From NCBI GenBank assembly GCA_035221665.1, contig CM069164.1, forward strand, positions 12,896,001 to 12,960,000: a stretch of 64,000 nt of DNA, in the 5' to 3' direction. This document shows positions 41,346-52,599 of this stretch, piece after piece. Numbering within the stretch: the first letter of the stretch is position 1; each line of letters begins with the position of its first letter. Made by a program: the position numbers and the translations under genes. The notes below the pieces were generated by a model. It was not told the origin of the DNA. It did no database searches and saw only the letters and a list, made by a program, of their open reading frames with translations. This DNA is from Okamejei kenojei. Taxonomy: Eukaryota.

Positions 41346-43099
41346 GAAACACGACTCAAAGTCCTGGCAAAAGATACAGTTTCCTTTGAACTGATGGGGT
41401 GGACAGTCAATGTTTTGTGGGCTGCCAATAAAGGTACAAACTAGGGTTAGAAGACAACACCCCATCTAGCAGCACTGGCTGGACTGAGATCCGATTCCCA
41501 GTCCAACAAGAGTTGTGCAAGATCAGTTGTCGAATTAATCCAAGGGAATCAGGGCCATAAAGGAGAATGATGGGCAAGAAGGAAAATCTCAGCTAGTATC
41601 ACCACTCAGCACAGGCAGTACACCGATGCAGCAAGCTTGCATCTGACAGTGATCCCTCAAGGATAAACTTGTCTAACAAGATTACTGGGATCCTGGCTCG
41701 TATTGGTGACAAACTTGGCCCCGACATTAATAAGGAGTTGATGCTGTGACACAAGGCTGAATGGCTTGGCAGTTACTTTCCAAATGTGCTGCAGATTTGC
41801 CAAACATTTTTGATGATCATTAATTATTAAGTCATAGGAAAATGATAGGCCAATTTTCCTGATCACTGGCAGCCTTATGGATAGGCGCACGCATTCCATG
41901 GATGAGCAAACTGTACATGGTTGAGATGGTCTCCTCAGTGTTGTCCAATCATTTCCATCCCTCTACACACCAATTAATCATCGCAGGAATTCCACACACA
42001 ACTACATCTGGACAGTCAAATAAAGTAATGCCAAAGTTGCAGGCCAAGAATGCCCCATGTTCTCCTCAAACACATTTTGGGGAACACACAAAACATGGAT
42101 TCAAACACGGAAGAGATTCAGTGCAGCCACAAAGCCAGGGAAATGCAACCAAACGATATGTTTACTCATTGCAACGATAAGGACAGAAAAATTATGGAAA
42201 CATTCAGCAGGCTAGGCAGCATCATCGATGCTACCTAACCCTCGAGTGTTCCCATCTTCTCTGTTTTCGTTTTAGTTTTCCAGCAACTGTACTCTTTATT
42301 TTGCATGTTACCTGCAGCTGAGGTTCACTAACACTTCTGTGACCCTGAGGGTTTCTGTGATTGCCAATTGAGCTACCTCTCAATAGCGTGTAAACCGGGA
42401 CCAAAGTACCTGCCGACAGCAGGCTCCAGAACTTGGATGGATGAAAACAAGACCACAGTGACCTTGTTACCATTACAGTGCAGCTGATAGATGCTCTATG
42501 TAGATTAAGTCAGTCAACACCTCTCTCATGCATCTCAGATATACAGCCCTTTACTGCTGGCAGCTATGTCTTGAAGGTTCCAAACTCTGGAATTACTTCC
42601 CCAAATCCCTCATTCTCTTATAACCTGGTTATGCACTGCTGTCCCAAAAATATGTCCTAATTTAGCTCAGCATGAAATTTTGCTTGGGAATGATTCTGTG
42701 GTGTCATGAATGCCACTAAATGTTAGTTGTTGCTGCAGAGGTGAAACCAAGTGACGCAGTGTGTTCACAGTACAGGGCATACATAGAGCCTTCTCTCTCT
42801 CTCTCACACTCTCTCCACAATCTGCCAGCTCAGGCCACGCTATGGTTCCAATGGCACCAGAGGTCCTACTGTAAGCTCAGCCAAGTGGCTGTTTTCCGTT
42901 GAGGTCTGGCAGCAATTCATCAGGAGGGGCGTCACAGCCAAGTGAAGCATTGATCTGACATTCAGCCACAAGTCCACACACATCTTCCAGCAGCCGTTAC
43001 TGCACTGGACTGTAATCTGAACTAGGCACCTTGATAAAAATATTTATTCCACCAAATTAACCTCGGTGTAGCACTCCTCCAACTGCTAGGGAAATAAAA

Positions 43100-43720
43100 A
43101 TAAAACAGATGGGAGCCCGAGCAGGCCATTCAGCGCCTCTCGGACCTACTCTGCCATTCAATAAGATCATGGTTGATCTAATCTTGGCTCCAACTGTAAC
43201 CTGACCCTCCTATCGACCAAAGGTCTCTCCCTCTCTGCTTTGAATATATTTAATGATTCAGCCTCCACGGCTCTCTGGGTGGAGAATTCCAAAGATTTAT
43301 GACACATTGAGGGGGGAAACGTCCCCATCCTGTAGATGGCCCCTAATCATGAAACTACGCCCCCTAGTTCTTGAATATCCTCATTGCATACCCATCAAGC
43401 TTCCTCAGAACTTTATTTCATTGAAATCACCTCTAACACAATCTGCAGAGTATAAACTTAATTTTTTGAGACATAACATCGTCGAATCAATCGCGTGAAC
43501 ATTTGCTGTACTGTCTCAGATGCAAGTATCTCTATCCTCAAATTAAGAGGCTCAAAATGCTTCAGATATGCTCTCAAAAGTCTTGCATAGTTCCGACAAG
43601 ACTTGTTAATCTTGTATCCTACATCCCGTGTAAAAGGCCAACATTCCATTTACTTTCCTAATTACTAGCTATAACAGCAGGCTAACTTTATATTTCTTTA
43701 CTAGGACACCCAGATCTCAC
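43100..43720 (-). mobile_element. Old CR1-clade LINE fragment
   Basis: GCAGGCCATTCAGC...GCCATTCAATAAGATCATGG, CCTCCACGGCTCTCTGGGTGGAGAATTCCA and AAGGCCAACATTCCATTT. Confidence 0.7.
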
Positions 43721-44833
43721 TTAATCCCAAAAGCAGATGCCTTATCCTCAAAGTTCCATGGTATGCCACTTTTTCCATGTGAATAACTGGGGATTAGCTT
43801 TATACATTTATGAAGAGGTGTTTCCTCCCCCACTGGAGAAAATACTTATTTGGCTGCCAATTTACTCAAAACTACCAAAGCAAAATACCTGAAAGGTCAA
43901 TGATCTGAAATCTTAACTCTGTTTCCACCTCCACAGATATTGCTTGGCCTGCTGTGTTTACAGCTTTTTATTTTTGTTTAAACAATTTAGTCAGTCAAGG
44001 AATGAGTTCCTCTGATCAATCTCAACACCGTTTTAACTGCCACAATGAAACTACAAGCAACAATAGGAGGTTTACCCCTCCACACAGCTGTTACATCCTC
44101 GGTGCATGTCTCACATTTGGTTCCTCCGAGAGCCAGCTTGGAGATTATCAAAAAACTCATTGAGGCTTGAACTCCTCTCATCCACTTCAATTAATGCAAA
44201 ACACACAGTGTTCAGAATTTTGGCAGTAATAATTTCTTCCCCAAATGCCTTGCTCTACTCTTTGTGGCGATCTGCCAAATTTGAGATAGCCGGAGCAGTC
44301 AACCACATTCTGCCATTTCCATTGGCACATCTCTCCTGGAGGGCATGACATCCCTGCCACGACCAAAATAAAATTGGTAAAAGTCAGCCGCTGGCAGAAG
44401 AATCCAGGTATGTATTAGATTAATGCACAAACATAAGAGTTTAATACGGACAAAGCAATCCACAAGCTTTGTACGAAGTCCAAATTTAACCATCCTCGCA
44501 AGCATAAAACAGCTAATCCATCTTGTACGAAGCAACACAATATTAAAATCCAAGATCTAAACTGATTTCACATATCATCAGTTCAAGCTAATACACGGAG
44601 GAGTCAACAACATATCAGTCCTTCTTATATTCAACACCAGGTGAACATTTGTGAATATTTTTGGAAGAATTTATTATCAATCAAGTATTTACAAAGGAGA
44701 AAGAAAAACGGCACCACCAACAGTATTACTGCACTACCAACAATACCAATCTTAATTCAGGCTTCTCAATGCCTGTTCCATTAACACAATATACACACCA
44801 TGTTGGCAACTGAAGGTCAAACTGCCAGCCTAC

Positions 44834-44902
44834 CTGAGAAATCTCCAGGCGTGATATTTGGGGAATCGGTGGCTTCTGTTTCCGTGTAGGACACTGTGCA
44901 TT
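44834..44902 (-). CDS. SMAD6: SMAD6 coding exon 3 (linker), 69 nt as read here
   Basis: ttccatcag acceptor and gtaggc donor. Reads (E)CTVSYTETEATDSPNITPGDFS, matching the SMAD6 SYTETEATxSxxxxPGxFS linker. The 5' boundary is uncertain by 9 nt. Confidence 0.9.
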
Positions 44903-45917
44903 CTGATGGAATAGAATAACAGATTTTAAAACAATACATCATGTAAAATATCTACAGTATTATACTCAGCAGATCTCTACAGAAATTCCTTTCTTAAAAC
45001 CCGCAATACTATAAAGCATCTGCACCAAAATGAAAAACAAGCTAAATCCCCCTCATTATGTTACAATTTCAGTTGGAACCAAGATGCGGATGTCCGCACA
45101 TTTAATGCATATTTTTTGTTTTAGACTAACGGTATCCAAACTGAACAGAGATAGAGTAAAGCAGCAGAAAAATCAAACATAACTTGCATGATCTGAGCCA
45201 TCAAAAGCTGTATGAGCAAAGGTCAAATCTCTAAGTAGTTATTGTCCTCCTCAATACCATCTGATTAGTGCAGGGAGCAGAACACATCAGGGGAAATATC
45301 AGTGCACTCTGAGCATTACTTTCCTTCAGGTGCATTTTTAAATGTTCATTAGAAGTTTTTTGCTTTGAACAACATTTAAATTGGGAAATGTTTTCATGAT
45401 GAAATAGTCAAAGAGTTTAATCCAGGCCAAACTGAAGCTTGGCTGCTGACTGATTGCTTGCAACCTCAGCACCACACATTCGCAACCACAGCCAGCCTCA
45501 CTGAAGCTTCAATGTTTGGCAAGCCACCATGTAAAATAGCAGCAGAATTCACAAGCTCTCCTGATAGCTACGGGCTTCCTCTCAAGTCATGGTAAAGGGC
45601 CAGCTGAACTAGCCAATGCATAGTTGCTTTATTTAATTCCAATTAAAATCTTTCCAAGCCAAATTACTGCTATAACAACAAAAGCCTTGTTTTAAGAACA
45701 ACTGAAAACAAAGTCATCATAAATCCAGCAGCCCTCCCTGAACCACTGGTTCTGAGATGGCAGGTGCCCACTGGCAATGCCAAATCCTTAACTTCAGAAA
45801 ATATTTTATGTTCATTAGAAACAAAAAATATTGCATTGTACGACAGTGACACATTCACTTCCTTGCAAACTATCACTAACTTTTTTTAAAGTTCTAATTT
45901 CATAAATAAAAACTTAC

Positions 45918-45974
45918 CCAATGGCTTTTCTTCGTCATTTGGAGAGAATCTGGAGTAAGGAGGAGGTGGAGAGT
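45918..45974 (-). CDS. SMAD6: SMAD6 coding exon 2 with PY motif, 57 nt
   Basis: ttttcag acceptor and gtaag donor. Reads (D)SPPPPYSRFSPNDEEKPL, matching SMAD6 ESPPPPYSRLSPRDEYKPL; phase 1-1. Confidence 0.95.
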
Positions 45975-46104
45975 CTGAAAATGAGGACATGGGAATTACA
46001 GAAAGAAAAAGTGAAGAGAAAAAAAAAAAATCCTGCCTGCGTCTTGAAGGTTTAAATGTGGAGAGTGAGCATGCAGTAATTGCCCAGATTCAGTCATCAG
46101 ATGA

Positions 46105-46145
46105 ATGAGGAGCCAGGCTGGCGCCAGGCATATGCAAACTGCATA
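46105..46145. promoter_or_regulatory. Candidate BMP-responsive element in SMAD6 intron 1
   Basis: GGAGCC (46109-46114), a 5-nt spacer, then GGCGCC (46120-46125), followed by an octamer-like TATGCAAA. Confidence 0.45.
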
Positions 46146-46795
46146 TTATTGCCACTCCTTCACCTAAATAGCTTTGGAACTTCTTAGGGAAAAAAAGGAG
46201 GAAAAAAACGAGTTGAAATCGATCTCATTTCAAAGGGATGATTCCAGATCTGATCTCCTCCCACAAGGACAGAGAGACAGAGAGGGAGAGGAGGGACATT
46301 GCAGTCGCGTTCGCTGGGGTTCTGGTAATCAATTGGGAGTTTTAAACAAACCGTTTAGACAGTCGGGAATTCCTTAAAAAGGGAGCTTCTGGGAGCACCA
46401 CGTGAAAAGGCGCGGCCAGGTGAAAGAGCCTAGCCACTTCTCACAGACTCTAAGAAATCCAAGTGTACTAAGGTAGAAACAAAACCAAAATAACTGCCAC
46501 TCAAATTATCAGATTTTCTCATTAGAACAAAATCGACATTTGCGTATGTACGCGATGTGAGGGCAAGGACCTAAAACTGGCTGATTCGCCTAACAATGCA
46601 GTCCAATAGCTTGAATCGGTAACATAAAAAGGTTATCGCGTCACGCATCAGTAATTCTTAGCTATTTGTAAAAATGTAACAGAACTTGAGACAAGGCTGT
46701 TTTATCAAGAGACAGTAGTTCCTTTATATTGAGCCAAAATTCAACATACTCATGATTTTTCAATATAAACGTTCGCTATCAACTGCCCCAATACA

Positions 46796-46819
46796 CATAT
46801 ATATATATATATATATATA
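46796..46819. repeat. (TA)n microsatellite in SMAD6 intron 1
   Basis: Read directly from the sequence. Confidence 0.95.
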
Positions 46820-48474
46820 GGTCGTCTTATTGGTATTCCAGGGTTACGGTCTAAGGTGAGACTTAAACAAAAAAGAATAGTTTGCAACCCGCTTTGCATG
46901 TCCCCACCCTGCAACCCAACACGCCTTCTGCCAACTAAGGAGCCTCAAGGATGGAGATAGTGAGTTGGGCATTTTTGAATAGACAATCTTCAGGTTAGTT
47001 GGCATGCATGTCCCAAGTATTCGAACCCCTTTACATCATCGAGTATTGCGGAGAGCACCCGTGAGTTAATCTCAATGTGCATTGTGAAAATTAAGTTTAT
47101 TTTTTTTTAATATTATTAAAAGCGTCTGCAAAATGGTGACCTGAATAATGAAATGGTCAGTAATTAAATTCTAAACTGAGCTAATATATTCTTTTCTTTT
47201 TTTTAAAAACTCAGATTAAATTTCACCAAGGTCATTGCATGGGATTGGGGTGTTCACAAAAATAAAAATAATCCTTTCCACATATGCAATAAATAAAGGT
47301 TACAGGAAAAAAAACTTTGAAACCAAAATCCTACTCTAATCCAGTGTTGTGAAAACCTCTGCAAACCCAATGCCTGGTCCTACGAGGCGTTGACATAGAT
47401 TAAATTAGGTAGCCCACCAGATCCCGTCTGTTGGGACATTTTTTTTTAAACATTTATTTATTAAGACATGCTGTTGACAGTTTCATGGTTTCAGTCTTCG
47501 TGTTGCTTGTGGGAAGAAAATGCACAAAAAGTGTATTGAAACGCCTGGGGCCGCATACCCCGTTTCATTTCAATCACTCAGAGTGATCAGATTTTCATAG
47601 ATTGCCCAGTGTCGAAATATCTTTCTCCATCTCCCCCTCCCCCCCAAATACCCCTCTAATCTAGACGAAGGACATCAAGTTTCACCTGTTGCCCAGCCCT
47701 GTCATTACCTGTCTGGGATACATCTGTTGAAACCTGATGAATGAGTGAGACAGACAACCAAAATACAAATGGCTTGAAATGTACATCTCTGTAATGAATG
47801 AAAACTGCAGTTCTCGTGAATGAAATATAGCCCGGCCTATAAACGAGATAAATTCCCATTTATTTTTGTACGTTAAATAATATCCCAATCTGTTTACAAA
47901 ATCAAATGCACATTCCTACAAACTGTATATTGTAAGATTCACTTTTCCTATTTTTTTTAATAAACATTTTAATTTTGACAAATGGCATTTGTAAAACTAT
48001 GGAAAATATGATCCTCGAGACTGACAGTCTCATATAAATCTTAAGAGTATTTTTCGGAAAGGGGGGGGGGTTAATATACTGACACATAATTTGCGTTAAA
48101 CTGCAGGCTCGGAATAATTTCCAAAGAAATGTGACATTTGTGGCGGGGTGGCTCATACTAGGTCCATGCGCTAAAAATAAATAGACTCGGCGCCCAAGCA
48201 CTGAGATGCTCACGTGGCCTCGCAAAACCTGGTGGTGGAGGTTCAAATGGGAGCCTTTCACTTGCAGCCCCAAGATAGGTTCTGTAGCTGTTTAACTTCT
48301 AGCCGAAAAAGATGAAACCCCGTGGCAAGCGAGGCACCCGACAACACGCCGCTCTCTCCAAGAGAGCTTAACACGAATGCAACTGCACAAAGGTGGTGAA
48401 TCCCTCGGGGATTTTAAACGTGTGAATGGGAAAGGGGGATGGGGGTGGGGGAAAGAAAGATTTAAAAAGTTCAC

Positions 48475-48892
48475 CTGGGCCGTACAGCCGACTGAAGTGA
48501 TAGGGGTTGCAGCAAACAGTAGCGTGGTCCGCGCTCCTGGAAAAACCCTCGCAAGGATAAAGCCTCTTGAGTTCGAAGAGCTGCTTGAGGTCAGGCCACC
48601 TGAAAAGTCTACAAAGCAAGAGCTGGGGGGCCAGGGTCTGCTTGCCAACCCTCACTTCGTTCCTAGCCATTAGGACACAAGCAGTATGCAGTCCCCCTCT
48701 GCTCTCCACCGCCTGAGACAGCAGTTCCAAGGGCTTTTCCTTCAGTCTCTTCAGCAGCGAATGCGTTACTGACTTGAGCTCGTTTAACGATCCGGCCGGG
48801 TCGCTCCAATCCTCCGCCTCCTGCCCATTGCTCCCCGTTACCCGGCTTCGCCAAAGTCGCCGTACAAGGCCCGAACGTTTGGATCTGAACAT
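48475..48892 (-). CDS. SMAD6: SMAD6 coding exon 1 (N-terminus and MH1-like region), 418 nt
   Basis: ATG at 48892 gives [18 protein letters not shown], the SMAD6-type N-terminus (SMAD7 has MFRTKRSALV). It continues [32 protein letters not shown] and ends at a phase-1 donor G|GTGAAC (GT at 48474-48473). Confidence 0.96.
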
Positions 48893-49699
48893 GCGACGAT
48901 TATAATCGCGATATCCGGGGGAGTGCAATTTATAACCCCGCAGCTTCAGAAAGCACCCTTGTCCTGTTTCTCTCCCCCCTCTCTCTCTCTCTCGCCTTCT
49001 TCCTGGGAGGAGGGGGAAAGAGGGAAGGGGATTTTTAAAAAGGGAGATCAGACGGCATCAAGCCGGGGAGAGAGCCGTGCACCAGCACAGCCAGGCAGCT
49101 CCGGGACCAGATCACACCTACACAGTTCACCAATCTGCAACATTCGGCTATGAAAGGATACTGTGCAAAGGGTACTGGAGCAAAAATCTGCAACAGTAAC
49201 CACTGCAAAACTAAAATTGCACCAGTAACCAATACAAAAAAAAAATCGCACTAAACTATCACATCCAGAAAAGCAATGCACAGAGAAAGGGCAGAAATAT
49301 ATATATATTTAAAATTCTTCTGCGGGATTTGCAATTCCTATCCAATGTACTGGCCCCCGTCCCCTCTCTCTCAAAAACACCTCTTGATTTTTCTTCAAAG
49401 CTGCAGTCTTCAAATGCTCTTTTGCCTCCGCTGTAATAGATCCAAACAAATTGCAAGCGAGATCTTGGGTAATTTCGATTCTTTCCAGTAATGCACACTG
49501 CAGACCACCAAATGCAACGTGCCAGTTACAGGCGTATGCAAGAATCCCAAGCTATTAAAAAAAAATCAAATATAGACAGGAGTGAGTTGCAGAGTAGATT
49601 CAGCGGGTCCGCTCCGTGCACCCTGTACGGACAGTTAGACTGCACTGTGTGGATTTTCTCTCTCACTCTCTCTCTTTACAACACACTGGGCCTCCTAGG

Positions 49700-49760
49700 T
49701 TACATCTCAGCCATTGGCTGCCTGCAATCATGTGGCAGTCTAGACATTTTGGCGCGGCTC
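49700..49760 (-). promoter_or_regulatory. SMAD6: SMAD6 proximal promoter module: GC element, palindromic SBE, E-box, CCAAT
   Basis: Minus strand reads CGCGCC-AAAAT-GTCTAGAC-TGC-CACATG...CCAAT (SBE 49738-49745, E-box 49729-49734, CCAAT 49713-49717), about 850 bp upstream of the ATG in CpG-retaining DNA. Confidence 0.7.
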
Positions 49761-52599
49761 AGATCGGTACTGATTATTGCGCAAATAAGGTTTCCAGTTT
49801 CTTAACTCTTAGCGCACCAGAGATTTTCTTGCAAACGTTGACCACATTTTTTTTTTTTTTTTTTTGCGTGGCAAATAAATTAATTATACAAAGAAGTAAG
49901 CCGCAAAGTGCTTATTAACACGGTTCCAGCCTCTCTCCTCCCGCTCCAGTTGGACTGGAGGATCGGGTTTTCACTGACACGCTGATCGCCCTTGAGCGCC
50001 GAGGTTCCAGCTTCACATACTCCGCTTCACTCCGCAGGTCCAACTCATTGCAACATTGGGTTCATCCCTTTCACATCCCAAAGCTTGCAACCATTTTTTT
50101 GGAAGTAATTGCAATACAGAAGTCAGAAATATGATAATGGATTAACAATGTGTATTATGATAAAGAACCAGATTTACTGGCGATATTTACTAGGTCGGGC
50201 AGTATCTGGAGAAGCAAACATTTCATGTCCCAAGCCTGGGAAATATGTGTTTGGCAGGGTGAATTTTGGTCTCAAGATACTTCCCCTTTGAAATTGCGCC
50301 AGCTGATATTTTAATGCCCCGGAGAAAAGACAGAAAATAAGGAATAGGAATAGGAAAAGAAGTCGACCACTCGGCCTTTGACAGAGTTACGTCTCATCCA
50401 AATGCAAACAGTACGGCAACTTGCTTGATGCTGCACTAGACTCAGGAGTGCAGTGTTGACTGAAGTGCTGGTTGACCTCTCAGCTCTACTGACTTATCGG
50501 TCAGAGTGAGAATTGCGGTATTGGGGCAGAGTACTCTGGGGCGCGGCAAGGAATTATGAAATCTCCACGAACACGCTGAAGCAAATTTTAAAATACGACC
50601 TAATACTTTCCCTCTTCCAGGATGAGAGATGGTGGGGCATATTGAAGAATCTCCAAAGAAGCAATCATGGAAAGTTCTTTATCTCATTATTTTGTACCTA
50701 CTACAAGTAGCCCAGTTGTCTAGCCATTTGCGATGTCATAAACAAAACTGACAACATTATTTTCTAAGATTCCCTCACCTTTTCTAGTCCCATTCCCTTC
50801 CTTTAGCCCATAGCCCTCTTAAACTGTACAAATGTCTTTTAACAATTATAATTGTACCCACCTCTACCGCTTCCTCTGGCAGCTCGTTCAATATACGTGC
50901 CACAAAGTAAGGAAAGAAAAGAGGTTTATGTCCAATTCGCTGTGACTTGAAGGAGAAATTTGAGGTAGGTAATTCTATGCACTTGGTTCCCCTGTTTTTC
51001 TAAGTTTTCAGGATGATGGACATGGGGTGCACCATCAAATAGAATATCCTGAGGGATATCATATGGTAGCTGTAGCCCTGTTATGTTGCTGGCAGAAGCA
51101 ATGATGTTTAAGGTGGTGCATGTGATATTAATAATTCATGATGTTGTCTACCATTGGCCTCCAATCTTCTTGGAAGGTACAATGCACTAATCCAGATAGC
51201 TGGACAGCATTGCATCACACTTCCTACTTGAGCCTAGTAGGTGGCAGACTTTGAAGAATGGAGAATCGGTAGCTTCCCACCTTCACATCTGTCCTTGCAG
51301 TTACAGTATTTATGTAGCTTTCTGTTCAGCGATAAACTCCCCAGGATGCTGGGATAGGATGGAGGAAGGGTAACAGCAATGTGATTGAGTGTGAAGAGAA
51401 AATGTATAAGGACACTCTAATTTTCTCGCATATAAAAAGTCTAAATATTATTTGTCACTAATCAACCTGTGAATGGATGACATCCTGGTCTTGCTGAATG
51501 CGGACACAGACTGTTTAAGTTTCTGGAAGTGGAAAATGCAGAGTATTCGCGCTACCCCAATCCCCCCTCCCCTTTCCCAATCGTCTCACACAAGTATGTG
51601 CTACTGAACCAGAACAACATTGTGATCCATCTCTCATAATCCTCACCCTATACATTTCTGGATTAAAACTGATTCTGAAATAGTGACAAATGATTTCTTA
51701 CTAGGAGTTGGTCCGTGTTGAAACTGCCTGAATTTATTTTTCTACAAGCAGAAGAGACTTTAATCCTATGAATTGTGATTGATTCAAACTTGGGTATAAA
51801 GACGAAAGACCACCAACACCACAGCACCACCCAGTTCCCACTTGTCTGATAAATAATTGAAAATCTGAAGTTGATCCAAATATGGAAATTAAATGGATTG
51901 TGACTGGTGGGTTAGTAGAGGAGGTGTCATGACTGGGCATGTTTCTAACAACGGACCCACGTTTCAATCTGCCATCTGGATCTGCTATCAAGGATTAACA
52001 CTATTGATTACTGACAAAAAAATCTGCATAATGAATGTTTATGGATGACTAAAACAAATAAAAATGTAAAAGAGGAAATGTATAACTTTCTATTGTAATA
52101 TTAGCTGTTATATTGCTGAATGTTCTAATGAATGTTAGCCTCCCAGAGGCAAACAGCTGTTTTTATTCTAATATTACAGTAAAAAATGACTCAAGCTCCA
52201 ACATTAATTAAATATCCTCATTACATGATAAACATCAATAAATATAATTTTGATACTATAAAGAACAGTTATAGGGTTTCTTCCAGTCATTACCCCACTT
52301 CTTCAAACTCTTCCTTTGATTCCTGAGATATATTTCATGCTCTCGTGCCTGTATCAATCATTGAGCCCTGAATTTATTCGTTTTGGTTTTTGTAGGAAGT
52401 CCCTCCTTAAATCCTTTTATTCTGCTTTGTCTCTGCTTGCTTTCAGTTCTGAGCATCATTGACAAGTTCAAGTTTGCTACCATACCTAATTGCTCGAATG
52501 GGTGGAGCTGAGCTATTATCTTTAACTGCTATTATCCATGTTTGTTAAGTGGGGGAATAGTTCTAAGATAAGTTATTCTGCTAACTCTTTCTCCCCACT

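Larger units (their letters stand above)
1..44833 (-). other. SMAD6: Probable SMAD6 intron 3 (runs out of the window)
   Basis: No MH2 exon (HWCxVAYWE...SFAKGWGPCY) appears in the ORF track or on a by-eye search downstream of exon 3. Mammalian SMAD6 has a last intron of tens of kb. Confidence 0.75.
48150..50050. other. CpG-retaining, repeat-free region over the SMAD6 promoter, 5'UTR and exon 1
   Basis: Visibly more CG dinucleotides than the flanks and no recognisable transposons; not quantified. Confidence 0.6.

Noticed and set aside
48475-48892. Calling the gene SMAD7 because of the GTCTAGAC promoter element
   Set aside because: The N-terminus, the 57-nt exon 2 and the SYTETEAT exon 3 are all SMAD6-type.
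48893-48928. N-terminal extension [12 protein letters not shown] in the ORF track
   Set aside because: It starts at TTG; the conserved SMAD6 start is the ATG at 48892.
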